From an uncultured delta proteobacterium (GTDB taxonomy: Bacteria; Desulfobacterota; Binatia; DP-6): DNA of 64,000 nucleotides. Of the stretch, positions 30,426 through 40,390 are shown one piece after another. Positions within the stretch are counted from its first letter, which is position 1; each line of letters starts with the position of its first letter. The position numbers and the translations under genes are program-made. The stretch spans positions 1,088,001 through 1,152,000 of the forward strand of contig CAWFFN010000007.1 in the NCBI GenBank assembly GCA_963815115.1. Direction: 5' to 3'. The notes under the pieces were generated by a model that was not told where the DNA came from, did not search any database, and saw only the letters and a list, made by a program, of their open reading frames with translations.

Positions 30426-31441
30426 CCGACGCCTCGCACGATGGTCTCGGCGATGGTGTCGAGCGGACCGACGCCGAGGATGAAGTCGTCCGGTGGCCGC
30501 ACGACGTCTGCGATGACCGCCGCGAGTCGGTCTCGGACCACCGGGCAGCCCCGCAGCGCGGACTCGAGCCGCGCGATCGTTCCCGAGGGCGCGAGCAGGT
30601 CGCCCGCCAGCATCACCTCGTCGAGCGTCCCGTCGGCGGCGAGCCTGGCATGCGACTCGATGACGCCGAGCATGGTCGGGATGATTCCGTGCCGATCGAG
30701 GTCGGGTCGCCGCACGCGGCGGTGCACGAAGCCGTCGTCGGCCGCCGGCGCGGCCGGCGGTGCCTCCTCGTCGACGAACCGCACGCCGAGCCGCGACTCG
30801 TAGCCGCGGCGGATGCAGGTCGCCAGCTCGCAGATGGACGGCCGCCCCCGGAGCTCGCGAACGAGGGACGTGGCATCGTCCGGCCGGATCATCTGCGCTC
30901 CGATCACCCCATCGCTGTCGGCGCGCTCGAGCAGATGCGGCAACATGCTCTGATCCTGCTCGACGCCGACGCACGCCTCGATCAGCGTCGCGCCGCGCGC
31001 GTCGATTTCGAATCCCATGACCGCGATCGTGCGCCGCGCCACCGTGACGGCATCCCGTCCCGGGTACACGGCCGACACGCCGGCAGCAGCCAGACCGCCG
31101 AGCAGACCCCGGACCGCACGATTGAGTATCTGCTCCGGAGCGAGCGCCAGCGGATCGTCGGAGACGAGGGCGGATCGATGCGGCAGCGTCAGCGAGACCT
31201 GCGCGAAGCCCTCGCCCGAGGCCACCGCGCGCCCGCCCGAGAGCCGGCGATGCAGCGTCACGTCCGATGCCTGCGCCGGCGCGAGGTGATAGCGAGCGAG
31301 CGCGAGGACGGTCCCTGCGAGCACCGACACGCGCAGCGTCCCGTACCCGCGCGCGAGGGCACGTGCGAGCAGCGCCGCATCGGTGAATCGGCTGGCGGAC
31401 GGCGTCGTCGAAGGCTCGAGGATGAATCCGAGGGTCGGCAT
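30422..31441 (-). CDS. Lipoate-protein ligase A-like protein
   Basis: RRLSGGRAV motif and LplA-like C-terminal domain (LAGDLLA...LESALRGC). Confidence 0.75.
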   Translation of the reverse strand: MPTLGFILEPSTTPSASRFTDAALLARALARGYGTLRVSVLAGTVLALARYHLAPAQASDVTLHRRLSGGRAVASGEGFAQVSLTLPHRSALVSDDPLALAPEQILNRAVRGLLGGLAAAGVSAVYPGRDAVTVARRTIAVMGFEIDARGATLIEACVGVEQDQSMLPHLLERADSDGVIGAQMIRPDDATSLVRELRGRPSICELATCIRRGYESRLGVRFVDEEAPPAAPAADDGFVHRRVRRPDLDRHGIIPTMLGVIESHARLAADGTLDEVMLAGDLLAPSGTIARLESALRGCPVVRDRLAAVIADVVRPPDDFILGVGPLDTIAETIVRGVG

Positions 31442-31513
31442 CGGAACGCGGCCGAACTCTAGGTCGCGGTGCGAAGGGTGACAACCGGCACGCCCCATGC
31501 TCTCCTTTCGAGC

Positions 31514-31840
31514 ATGATCAGGGCCTTTCTCGGGGTGGTTGCGATCGCGCTGCTCGCCGCTCCCGTGCCGGGGGCGGACCAGCCCATCCCGTCGCCCCCG
31601 CCCGACGTCCACCTGGCGGCCGCGCGAGAAGCGCTGGTGGCCGCCCAGGAGCGTCTTCGCCTCGCCGACACCGGGAAGAAGGACGAGTACGGCGGCCACC
31701 GCAGGCTGGCCCTCGAGATGGTCAACACCGCGCTCGTCGAGGTCGACGCGGGCCTCCGCGTGGCGGCCGACGAGGCCGCGCGGAAGGCCCGCGAGGCGAA
31801 GGACGCGGAGAGTCGGAAGAGGGGGCGAAGGCGGCGGTAG
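31514..31840 (+). CDS. Small secreted helical protein
   Basis: Signal peptide; HLAAAREAL...YGGHRRLALEMVNTALVEV. Confidence 0.75.
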   Translation: MIRAFLGVVAIALLAAPVPGADQPIPSPPPDVHLAAAREALVAAQERLRLADTGKKDEYGGHRRLALEMVNTALVEVDAGLRVAADEAARKAREAKDAESRKRGRRRR

Positions 31841-31861
31841 CGCTCGCAGGCTCCGGCGGGC

Positions 31862-33440
31862 TCAAGCCGGCTTCTGGAGCGACTGGATCTTCCAGACACC
31901 ATCCTCCCGCACCAGCACGGCCACCAGGCGAATCGCGAGGCTCGTGCGCTCGCCGCTCTGCTTGTCCTTGAACTGGTCCTGGCGCAGGAACGCGGCGCGC
32001 GCCGTGTTGCCCTGCACGGTGATCTCGGGCGGCCCGAACGCCACCTTCAGCTCGGCCACGTTGTCGAAGTAGCGCTGGAGAGCGCTGCGCTGGTCCGCAG
32101 GCATCGAGGCAAAGACCGGTGCCACCTTGGCGGCGTTCTGCGTCTCGAGGGCCGACCGAAGCTGCTCCAACACCCCGCGAATCTCGCCATCGGCGCCGCT
32201 CGGGGTCCGCTCGTCAGCCAGCGCGCTGTCCACGAGTGACGGGAGATAGCTCGTGCCCCCGGGACTGTGAGGCGGCGACGCGGACCCCAGGGTGTCCTCG
32301 AGAAGCTTGCTGTTCTCCCGCTGACGCCCGAGCGCAGCGGTGATCCGGTCCTTCGAGAAGGTCAGAAACACCGCAACCTGTTCCGCGCTCCAGTCGGCCA
32401 GGGTGGTGAGGTTCGCGTCCTTGAGCGACTCGCTGTGCGGCATCATCTCGGCCCCGGCGCCCTTGCCGATTCGCAATGCCAGGTCCCGCTTGCCGTCGTC
32501 CGATCCGCGGAAGGTGGGTTCGACCTTGGCGCGGATCTGGGCGTAGTCGATGACCTTCCGCTCTGCGCATTCCGGAATCTTGAACTTCCTGGTGATGTCG
32601 GGGCATCCGAGATTCACCAGCTGCCGCTCGATGTCCTCGTCGTTCAAGAATCTGCATCTTCACGTCGCTGGCGGCCGCGACCTTGAGGAGGTTCTCCTCC
32701 ATGGCACGACGGAGGATGTCGAACTCCTTGCCCGGAGCACCGTCGAGCCTGGGATCCACGATCCACACGTTGGTCACGGCATCCTGAGGAGGAGGGGGAG
32801 GTGGCGGGATCCGCGGATTCCCCAGGAGCAGGTAAGCGAGCAGGGCCGCGATGGCGGAAAGGCCCACTGCAACGGCCCATCTCCGTCGAAGGTTCTCGAC
32901 GAGCCGCCGCAGAGCGGCAACGACCCTCCCGTGCGGCGGAGGGCCGGCCGCAGGCAGCGCGTCGATGGTCTCGCGGATCGCGGTGATCCGGGACTCGCTG
33001 ACCTCCCTGGGCTGCACCTCGCGTGCCCGCAGGCCTTCCGCGATGCGACGAATCGCCGGCCCGAGCAGCCGCGGCTGGACCCGGACGCGAACGGCCTCGC
33101 CGAATGCCTGCCGCCACGTGAGCGGCACCTGATGATCGAACTCGGCGTCGGAGAGGCCGAGCACCAGGGGAATGAACTGCTTCTTGCCCGCCTGCCCGAA
33201 GTGGATCTCCCGAGTGACCTCTTCGTCCCGCTCGAGGCTGCGCCTCGAGACGAGAACCATCAGCACGGTGGCCGTCTCGAGGCCGCGCCGGATGTTGTCG
33301 ATGTAGCTTCCGAGCGGCAAGCTGTCGAGCTCGTAGCACCAGGCGCGATACCCGACCCGCTCGAACTCCAGCGCGAGCTCGAGCGCCACCCTCGCGTCAT
33401 CGGCGACGTGGATGATGAAGAGGTCGAAGAGGTCGCTCAT
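31862..33440 (-). CDS. TIR domain-transmembrane-NTF2/SnoaL-like protein, +1 frameshift at ~32648
   Basis: FDLFIIH...WCYELD...VLVSRRS...VTREI...FIPL (TIR); TM AVAVGLSAIAALLAYLLLG; second frame ends LVREDGVWKIQS. Confidence 0.75.
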
Positions 33441-33817
33441 CGAGTTCCGTACTCTTGGAACAGTTGCCCCTGTGCCGGCGCTTCCGCTCGCCTACTACTC
33501 TAGGGCACGCGGGCGTTCCACCTCGACCCGGTGAGGCGACCGTTTGTCACCGTGGGCGAGCCCCCGACTCCGGAGCCCGCGCCGGTGCAGGCTCCCGGGT
33601 AGCCCGGAGCGCATGGCACAATACCGGCCCCGCGGCGCCGCGACCCGTGGCGCACCAGGTTTTTCTTGACCGTGGCACGAGGCGTTGGTAGTCCATCTCG
33701 GCGAGGCGACGCCGTCGGTGGCGCCGGCGGCGAGCGAGTGTCGAGCCATGATCGCTTGCTCGCCCGGGGGTCTCTCACTCTTGCCTTCATCAGATCACCA
33801 CACTAGGCTGGAGACTT

Positions 33818-35827
33818 GTGAAGTCGCAAGAACGACTCGGGACGATCAGGATCGGACGCAGGCGGCCCACTGCACCGCACACCGGTCTCGGGCGACGGGC
33901 ACTCGCCGTGCTCCTCGCCAGCGTCCTGTCGAGCGGCTCGATCGTCGTCGCGGGGCAGCTCGGCTACGTGGCCAACGGTGACGGGTCGGTCTCGGTATTC
34001 GATACCGACACGGATCGCGTGGTCAAGACGATCCCCATCCAGATCAACACCACGTTCCCCTTGGTGTCACTCCTCCTCTCCCCCCGCGCACGACTCCTGT
34101 TCGTCCTCGCGAACGCCGTCACCTCGGACGCGACCCTGGTCGCGATCGACACCACCGTGCATCGCGTGATCTCGCCGGCGGGCCTCGTCGCGCCGGTGTC
34201 GCCCGGCAGCCTCAGCTTGTTGGATATCGCCCTCAGCCGTGACGGCACGCGCTTGTACGTGAAGCCCGTCGCCGGTCTGAGCACCTCCGAAACTGCCACG
34301 GCCGTGTTCTCCACCTTCGATGCTGGCGAGCTCCGCCAGCTCTCGGCGGTCTCCGTTCCGGTCCCGGCCTCGGCGCCGCTACCGACGCTGGCCCCGGGTC
34401 GCGGTCGGATCTATGCCGTCAACGAGGGCGGCGGCCTGGCAGTCGTCGACGCCGCAACGGGTGGGCAGGTGACCGAGATTGCGCTCCCTCCGCTTTCGCC
34501 GGCGTCGTCCTCGCCGATCCCCATCAAGAGTCCCGGATTGCTGTCTCCCGACGAGAGCAGCCTCGTGGTCGGCGACGCGGTGGTGGACCTCCAATCCAAC
34601 CAGGTGGTCGGCCGTCTTCCCGCGTCGTTTTCGCCGGTTCGGTTCTCCGCGGACGGCCGCACCCTTTTTGGTCTCATCGGCACGTCCGGACCCTCGGCTC
34701 CGGGACCTCGGGCAGCGAGGTGCCGGCATGGGATCTTGCCGGTCGACGAAACGATCGTCGCCCTCGACCTCGCCTCGCTCCAGATCATCGCGCGCGTGCC
34801 CCTTGGACCAACGGACGGGTCCTCCACCATCCCATTCGGTGTTGCCTCGCCGGATGGCCGTCGCGTGGGCGTCATCATCACGCCGCTGCTCGACGGCTGC
34901 ACGGCGGCCCGGTCACCCGAGCTGGCCGTGGCGGACGTGGGGGAAGGAACCGTCGTGGGCACGGTTCCACTGAAGGCTCCCTTTCCCACCTTCATCGCTC
35001 AGAGCCCCGCCGGCGGCCGGGTGATCCTGGCCGAGACCCGTTTCGTCGCGCGTGGTCGCCGGTCCGTGTCGGACCTCCTGGACGTCGACCTCGGCGCCGG
35101 CGTCGGGCGGCACATCGATGTCGGGAGCTTCGTCACGTCGTCGTCTTTCCTTCAAACGCTCACCCCCGGCAGGCCGGTGGAGCCCTCGGGAGCATTCACG
35201 CCGGACGGCGGCAAGCTGTATCTCATCGGGAACGATGGCGTTTTCAGCGGCACCGAGGTCAGGGTGCTCACGGGGTCGGAAGAGCGCCTCGTCCCGCTCG
35301 CGGGCGGGAGGTTCGGAGCGCAGCAGGTCAAGCTGGGCGACCCCTGTACCAGCCCGGATGGGTGCTTCTGTCGGAGCGACGTCGACTGTGATGACGCCAA
35401 TCCCTGTACGGTCGACACGTGCGAGGGGGCACAAGGGTGCAAGAACGAACCGCTCGGATGCTTTGCCGGCGTGCAGTGTCTCTTCGTGGATCAGCGCACC
35501 ACCGAATGTCTCGGTAGCGCCCAGCAGCGCCGGCTGGTCCGAACGCGGCGAGACGTGGACGCGGCCGCCAGCGCGCTTCGGCGTGGCGACGAGGAAGGGG
35601 CACGTGGGCTGCTCGATGGAGCCGAACGAGAGGTGAAGCGCCTCCTCGCCGCCGCGATCAAGGGCACCAACGCTCCCATAGCTCTCCCCGGTGTCGGGGG
35701 ACCGACGCCGGGGGCCCTGGCCACACGAACTTGCTACACGCTCGTGTTCCCGCAGCAGTTGAAGTTGCTGCGAAGCATCCGTGGGGTCAGGAGCCGCCTT
35801 GGCACCTGCAAGTCGGAGACACAGTGA
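33818..35827 (+). CDS. Secreted YVTN/YncE-like beta-propeller protein with a Cys-rich repeat
   Basis: YVANGDGSVSVFDT, SRDGTRLYV, FTPDGGKLY; CDDANPCTVDTC. Confidence 0.8.
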   Translation: MKSQERLGTIRIGRRRPTAPHTGLGRRALAVLLASVLSSGSIVVAGQLGYVANGDGSVSVFDTDTDRVVKTIPIQINTTFPLVSLLLSPRARLLFVLANAVTSDATLVAIDTTVHRVISPAGLVAPVSPGSLSLLDIALSRDGTRLYVKPVAGLSTSETATAVFSTFDAGELRQLSAVSVPVPASAPLPTLAPGRGRIYAVNEGGGLAVVDAATGGQVTEIALPPLSPASSSPIPIKSPGLLSPDESSLVVGDAVVDLQSNQVVGRLPASFSPVRFSADGRTLFGLIGTSGPSAPGPRAARCRHGILPVDETIVALDLASLQIIARVPLGPTDGSSTIPFGVASPDGRRVGVIITPLLDGCTAARSPELAVADVGEGTVVGTVPLKAPFPTFIAQSPAGGRVILAETRFVARGRRSVSDLLDVDLGAGVGRHIDVGSFVTSSSFLQTLTPGRPVEPSGAFTPDGGKLYLIGNDGVFSGTEVRVLTGSEERLVPLAGGRFGAQQVKLGDPCTSPDGCFCRSDVDCDDANPCTVDTCEGAQGCKNEPLGCFAGVQCLFVDQRTTECLGSAQQRRLVRTRRDVDAAASALRRGDEEGARGLLDGAEREVKRLLAAAIKGTNAPIALPGVGGPTPGALATRTCYTLVFPQQLKLLRSIRGVRSRLGTCKSETQ

Positions 35828-37002
35828 GATGGATCGCGGCCGTCGTGCTGGCCACGGTGGCATCCACCATGATGACCGATCGAGCAGCAGCAGCCTCGCT
35901 CGCCGCTCAGCTCGACGATCTCATCAGGAAGAAGGGATTCCAGGCGACCGACACCGTGGTCCCCGTCCTGGTCCAGACGGTCGCGCGCGGTGCCGACTTC
36001 CCGACGACCGCGAGCGGTCCCGACTTCGCCTACGAATTCAATCCGGAGATGGGAACCCTCGAGCGTTCCACCCGGCCGCTCAGTCCGGTCCTGGTCGAGG
36101 CCGCGCAGACCATCGGACGTCACGTCCTCCAGATCGGAGGGTCGTTCCTCTGGAGCGACTTCAATCGGCTGGACGGCGCACTCCTCCGGAACACCAGGGC
36201 CACCTTCACGTTCTCCGGACAGACCCCGGAGGGCGGTACCGTGCCGATTCCTGGCGCGCTCACGTTCGACCGCTTCCATATCGAGGACTTCGTCTTCTCC
36301 GGCATCGTGACCTACGGCCTGACGGAACGCTGGGATGTGGGGCTCGTGGTGCCGGGCGTCGTGACCACGCTCCACGCGAGCGGTCGGAGCCAGGTGCGCC
36401 TGCTCGCCGAACACGAGACCATCCCCCTCGATCGCTTCGACATCGACGACTCCAAGCTCGGGCTGGGTGACATCATCCTGCGCACGAAGTACGTGTTCGA
36501 ACCCGGTCGAGGGATGTCCATCGCGCCGACCTTCGCCCTGCGGATACCGAGCGGGAACGAGGACAACTTCCAGGGAACCGGCGACCTGACGCTCACACCG
36601 GGAGTGACGTTCACGCGCTCCAGCGGCCGGCTCGGGCTCTTCGCCAGCCTGGGAGCAGAGGTCGACCCCACCGACCTCGAACGGGTCGGGTTCCGGTACG
36701 GGATGGCTGCATCGGTCCGTCTTCTCGAGTCGGTCTCCCTGATTACGGAGCTCACAGGCCGATCGGGGATCACGGACGACACCATCTTGGTCCCGTTCGG
36801 GTCATCCGGAGGCAATCCACTTGCGAGCACCCTCGAGGTTCCCGCGATTGTGCCGCGCAGCGACGTCGTCGATGGCTCCGTCGGCATCAAGGCCCATCTG
36901 CTGCCGCACTTCGTGGGTTACGTCAGCGTGCTCTTCCCCCTCGTCAAGGATGGCGTCACGGCGCCGGTCACACCCATCGGGGGAATCGAGTACAGGTTCT
37001 AG
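35824..37002 (+). CDS. Outer-membrane beta-barrel (SphA/MetA-pathway-like) protein
   Basis: YGLTERWDVGLVVP, GLGDIILRTKY, LRIPSG, terminal GGIEYRF. Confidence 0.8.
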   Translation: MRWIAAVVLATVASTMMTDRAAAASLAAQLDDLIRKKGFQATDTVVPVLVQTVARGADFPTTASGPDFAYEFNPEMGTLERSTRPLSPVLVEAAQTIGRHVLQIGGSFLWSDFNRLDGALLRNTRATFTFSGQTPEGGTVPIPGALTFDRFHIEDFVFSGIVTYGLTERWDVGLVVPGVVTTLHASGRSQVRLLAEHETIPLDRFDIDDSKLGLGDIILRTKYVFEPGRGMSIAPTFALRIPSGNEDNFQGTGDLTLTPGVTFTRSSGRLGLFASLGAEVDPTDLERVGFRYGMAASVRLLESVSLITELTGRSGITDDTILVPFGSSGGNPLASTLEVPAIVPRSDVVDGSVGIKAHLLPHFVGYVSVLFPLVKDGVTAPVTPIGGIEYRF

Positions 37003-37071
37003 GTCGCAGGTCGAGCACACGCTACGAGGTCTCGTTGTTTCGCCTCGTCGCCTCGACTACGACGACCCCCG

Positions 37072-37840
37072 ATGGTCGTCCTCATCGGACCGCTGCTCGT
37101 GCTCTCCGGCTTCGGCCTCTACATGGCGAGCAACACGTTGCTCGGGCGCTTCCGGCGTACGCCGTGGGGGTGGCTGGCCGTCTCCGCGCTCGGCGTGGTC
37201 ACGGCCGCCGGACTCGCCCTGCGGGAAGGCGGCACCGCGAACGCCGTCGCCGCGGTCTCGAGCGCCGGCTTGTTTGCCTTCCTCGTCTGGTTCTTCTTCG
37301 GCTACTCGATGTACGGCGCCCGCGAGGATCGGCCCCGGGTGGGTGACCGCTTCCCGGATTTCCGTCTACCGACGTCCGAGGGCGCCGTGTTCGACCTGGC
37401 CGCCGAGCGTGGCAAGCGACACCTGCTCATCTTCTATCGCGGCAGCTGGTGACCCTTCTGCACGACGGAGCTCGGCGAGCTCCGCAAGCGGTACCGTCGA
37501 GATCCTCGACCGCGGCGTCGAGGTGGTTGCGGTGAGCGTCGACCCTCCGGCGATCTCGGAGGCGCTCCGGCAGAGGCTCCGGCTGCCGATCCGCATTCTC
37601 TCGGACGTCGGCGGATCGCTCATGGATCCGCTCGGCATCCGCCACGACGGAGGCATGCCGCCGGCGCTGATCGCCGGCGAGGTGGCCAAGCTCAATCCGA
37701 GCAAGGACATCTTCCTCGCGACCACCTTCCTGCTCGACGCGCGAGGCGTGATCAGCTGGATCTACCGCCCCGATACCTACCGGATGCGCGCTTCGGTCGA
37801 AGAGATCATCGCCGCCATCGACGCGCATCCGACCGTCTGA
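37072..37840 (+). CDS. Membrane-anchored AhpC/TSA-type redoxin selenoprotein (UxxC), +1 frameshift at ~37495
   Basis: 3 TM segments, then VGDRFPDFRLP...FYRGSW-TGA-PFC; continues EILDRGVEVVAVSVD...LSD...ATTFLLDARGVISW in the next frame. Confidence 0.85.
37466..37484 (+). promoter_or_regulatory. Bacterial SECIS-like hairpin
   Basis: CGGAGCTC-GGC-GAGCTCCG, perfect 8 bp stem; G-starting loop 22 nt after the UGA at 37450-37452. Confidence 0.7.
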
Positions 37841-37864
37841 CGCGTCACCTCGAGCCGCGAGCGT

Positions 37865-38236
37865 TCACGTAGCGGGGGTCGCCGCGCACACCGGATCCAG
37901 GCGCACGGACACCACCCCCTGGCCGGTCGCCCCGATGGCCCGGGCTGCGCCGACGGAGAGGTCGAGCCCGCGGCCCCGCACGTACGGACCGCGGTCCGTG
38001 ATCGTCACGACGACGTCGCGTCCGTTGCGCAGATTGGTCACGCGCACCTTGGTGCCGAAGCGCCAGGAGCGGTGGGCGGCGGTGAGATCGCCCTGGTCGA
38101 AGATGCGTCCGCTCGCCGTCCGCCGGCCATGAAATCCCGGCCCGTAGTAGGAAGCGCGCGTGGTGGTGGGCGACGGGCAGGCGCAGGCGGTCGACGCCGC
38201 GAGGGCGAGCCCGAACGCAAGAGTGGACCTCGGCAT
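37865..38236 (-). CDS. rlpA: RlpA family septal ring lytic transglycosylase
   Basis: ASYYGPGFHGRRTASG...LTAAHR...GTKVRVTN...ITDRGPY...DLS. Confidence 0.93.
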   Translation of the reverse strand: MPRSTLAFGLALAASTACACPSPTTTRASYYGPGFHGRRTASGRIFDQGDLTAAHRSWRFGTKVRVTNLRNGRDVVVTITDRGPYVRGRGLDLSVGAARAIGATGQGVVSVRLDPVCAATPAT

Positions 38237-38568
38237 AACGATTTGAAAACCTCCGTGAAAAGGTGGGCGGCGACCGTCGGGCCACTCGCCTCGTCACCAC
38301 GACGACCTGAGCCGCGCGGGTCCGGGGTTTAGACCCGCTCCGCCCGGCGGCGTCAAGCGAGGGGACCCGGTCACGGGACCGCCAGGCCTGCGCGGGCAGG
38401 CCGATCCGGCGCCAAGTGAGCTATTCAGAAGCCGAAACGAGCCGCGAGGCGCCGGACCCTCGCATCCCGCAAGGTGGCCTGAAGCGCGCCGGCCTCAGTC
38501 GCGGATCCATGCACGCACCGAGCGCAGGGATGCTGCCCCGCGCGCACTGCTGACGGCCCGCGCTCGAC

Positions 38569-40386
38569 TCAGAGCGTCCTGCGGAGTCGGCTGACTCGCT
38601 GCCGGAGAAAGTCGGCGAACCACACGTTCCCGCTCTGGTCCACCGTCATTCCCAGCCCGGAGTAGCCGGTCCTGGCGGGGAAGATGCCCATCGGGGGAAG
38701 GCGCACCACCTTCGCCCAGTCGGGAGTCACGTAGCCGAGCGACGGAAGCCGATTTGGTTGATCCGGGCCCGTCTGCGTGAACCACAGGTTTCGGTCGCCG
38801 TCGAACCCGATTCCGTAGACTCCTTCGCCCTGTCCCGGGTCGACGCTGGAACCGTTCACGGCCACGTGCTTGGTCCCGTCCACGTCCTTGTACGAGAAAT
38901 CGGGCACGAAGATCTCGCTCATGCAGGAATTCTTGTGGTTCGCTTGCAGCTGCATGCAAGTCGCGGGCGATCCGACGACCGATGTCTTGCTCAGAAGCGA
39001 AAACGTGTTGTCGAGATTTTCGCTGATCGCAATGTCGCCGCTTGTCGCCTCGGCGATGGTCGTCGGCCGACCTCCTGCGAGAGGCTTGGCGAGAGGGAAC
39101 AGGTCGATCATGGGCGACCCCGACACGGTGCTCGTCGGCGTGACGCGCCCAACCACGTTGTTTCCTGGCGATGCGAACACGAACGATAGACCGGTACCGA
39201 GGAACGGCTGGCGCGCCAGCGGACCGCCGTAGTCACCGTACCAGACCTTCCCGTCGGCCGCTGCGACGAGCAGGCTCAGCGGGCGCGTCGCGATCCAACC
39301 CCCGTGGGTACAGTCCGCGAAGCCGTCGGTGCCCAGCGTGCAGGAATCGGGGATCGGATACTCGTGATAGCAGCTCGTCTCGTTGCTCCCGACGGCGCAG
39401 ACCCGGCTCAAGGAGACGCGCGAGTAGTCGATCGTGGTGCCATCGCCGAACGGGATCCGACCGGGATCGAAGCTCACGATCTTGGCCGGCACGTGTGCTC
39501 GTACGACCACGGGCTGCCCGCCCACGACGTAGTTCTCCACGTCGTGGGCCCCGGTGGCGAACCAGACCCGTCCGGAAACGACCGCGATCGCCGACACCTG
39601 GCTGTTGTCCGCCGGGACGTCGTAGACCCGGAACTTCTTCTTCCCGGGGTCGAAGCGCACGATGCGGCTCCGGTTGGGATAGATGCCGCCGTAGGCGCCC
39701 TGCCCTCCTTCGGTGAACCAGACGTTGCCGCCGGAATCGACGACGATCCCGTCGCCGGTGATCGACATGGGCGTCCGGAAGTCGACCGGCGACGTGCCGA
39801 AGAAGTTGAGGTTCGAGGCGAACGGGCCGCCATCGGGAGGGACCGGAATCGGGTAGTTCTGGACCGCACCGGTCGCGTCGACGACGGCGAGATTCCGGTG
39901 GAACGCCTCGTTCACGAACACCCTCCCGTGGGAGTCGGCCGCTACCGTCGAGGGGTAGGCACCCAGGTCGAAGACGTCGAGAGAGAACACCTTGTCGATG
40001 GCCGTCGCGGTGCCCGTCAGCAACTGCTGGCCGTCGAAGGACGTCACCTGCACGGTGCCGCTCGCGATGGACGCGGACAGGCGCACGACGATGCGGTCGG
40101 GATGCCAGAACACCACGCCCGGATCGGCGGCGCGGATGTCATACGTTCCACCCGGGCTGACGACGTGTATGCGGTTGCTCGTCGAGAGCGTCGGCCAGCC
40201 GAAGTTCTGGCCGGTGATGCTGACGGCCGAGACCGAGGGCGATCCCGCCTGGTTCACGACGACGACCGGAGAGCTCACGACCGGCGCGCTCGTCTGCGCT
40301 CCCGCGTCGAATCGCAAGATGGCCGACAGCGCGAGCGTGAGGATCAGCAGCCGGCAATGCATTGTCCCGCTCCGATTGCGTGCCAT
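38569..40386 (-). CDS. Secreted Vgb-like beta-propeller protein with N-terminal IPT/TIG domain (paralog 2)
   Basis: ITGQNFG; repeats DSGGNVWFTE, ADGKVWY, DRNLWFTQ, DQSGNVWFAD. Confidence 0.8.
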   Translation of the reverse strand: MARNRSGTMHCRLLILTLALSAILRFDAGAQTSAPVVSSPVVVVNQAGSPSVSAVSITGQNFGWPTLSTSNRIHVVSPGGTYDIRAADPGVVFWHPDRIVVRLSASIASGTVQVTSFDGQQLLTGTATAIDKVFSLDVFDLGAYPSTVAADSHGRVFVNEAFHRNLAVVDATGAVQNYPIPVPPDGGPFASNLNFFGTSPVDFRTPMSITGDGIVVDSGGNVWFTEGGQGAYGGIYPNRSRIVRFDPGKKKFRVYDVPADNSQVSAIAVVSGRVWFATGAHDVENYVVGGQPVVVRAHVPAKIVSFDPGRIPFGDGTTIDYSRVSLSRVCAVGSNETSCYHEYPIPDSCTLGTDGFADCTHGGWIATRPLSLLVAAADGKVWYGDYGGPLARQPFLGTGLSFVFASPGNNVVGRVTPTSTVSGSPMIDLFPLAKPLAGGRPTTIAEATSGDIAISENLDNTFSLLSKTSVVGSPATCMQLQANHKNSCMSEIFVPDFSYKDVDGTKHVAVNGSSVDPGQGEGVYGIGFDGDRNLWFTQTGPDQPNRLPSLGYVTPDWAKVVRLPPMGIFPARTGYSGLGMTVDQSGNVWFADFLRQRVSRLRRTL

Positions 40387-40390
40387 CGCA

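Noticed and set aside
37490-37500. Programmed frameshift in the selenoprotein gene
   Set aside because: No slippery sequence; it resembles the other single-base duplications in this window, so an assembly error is more likely
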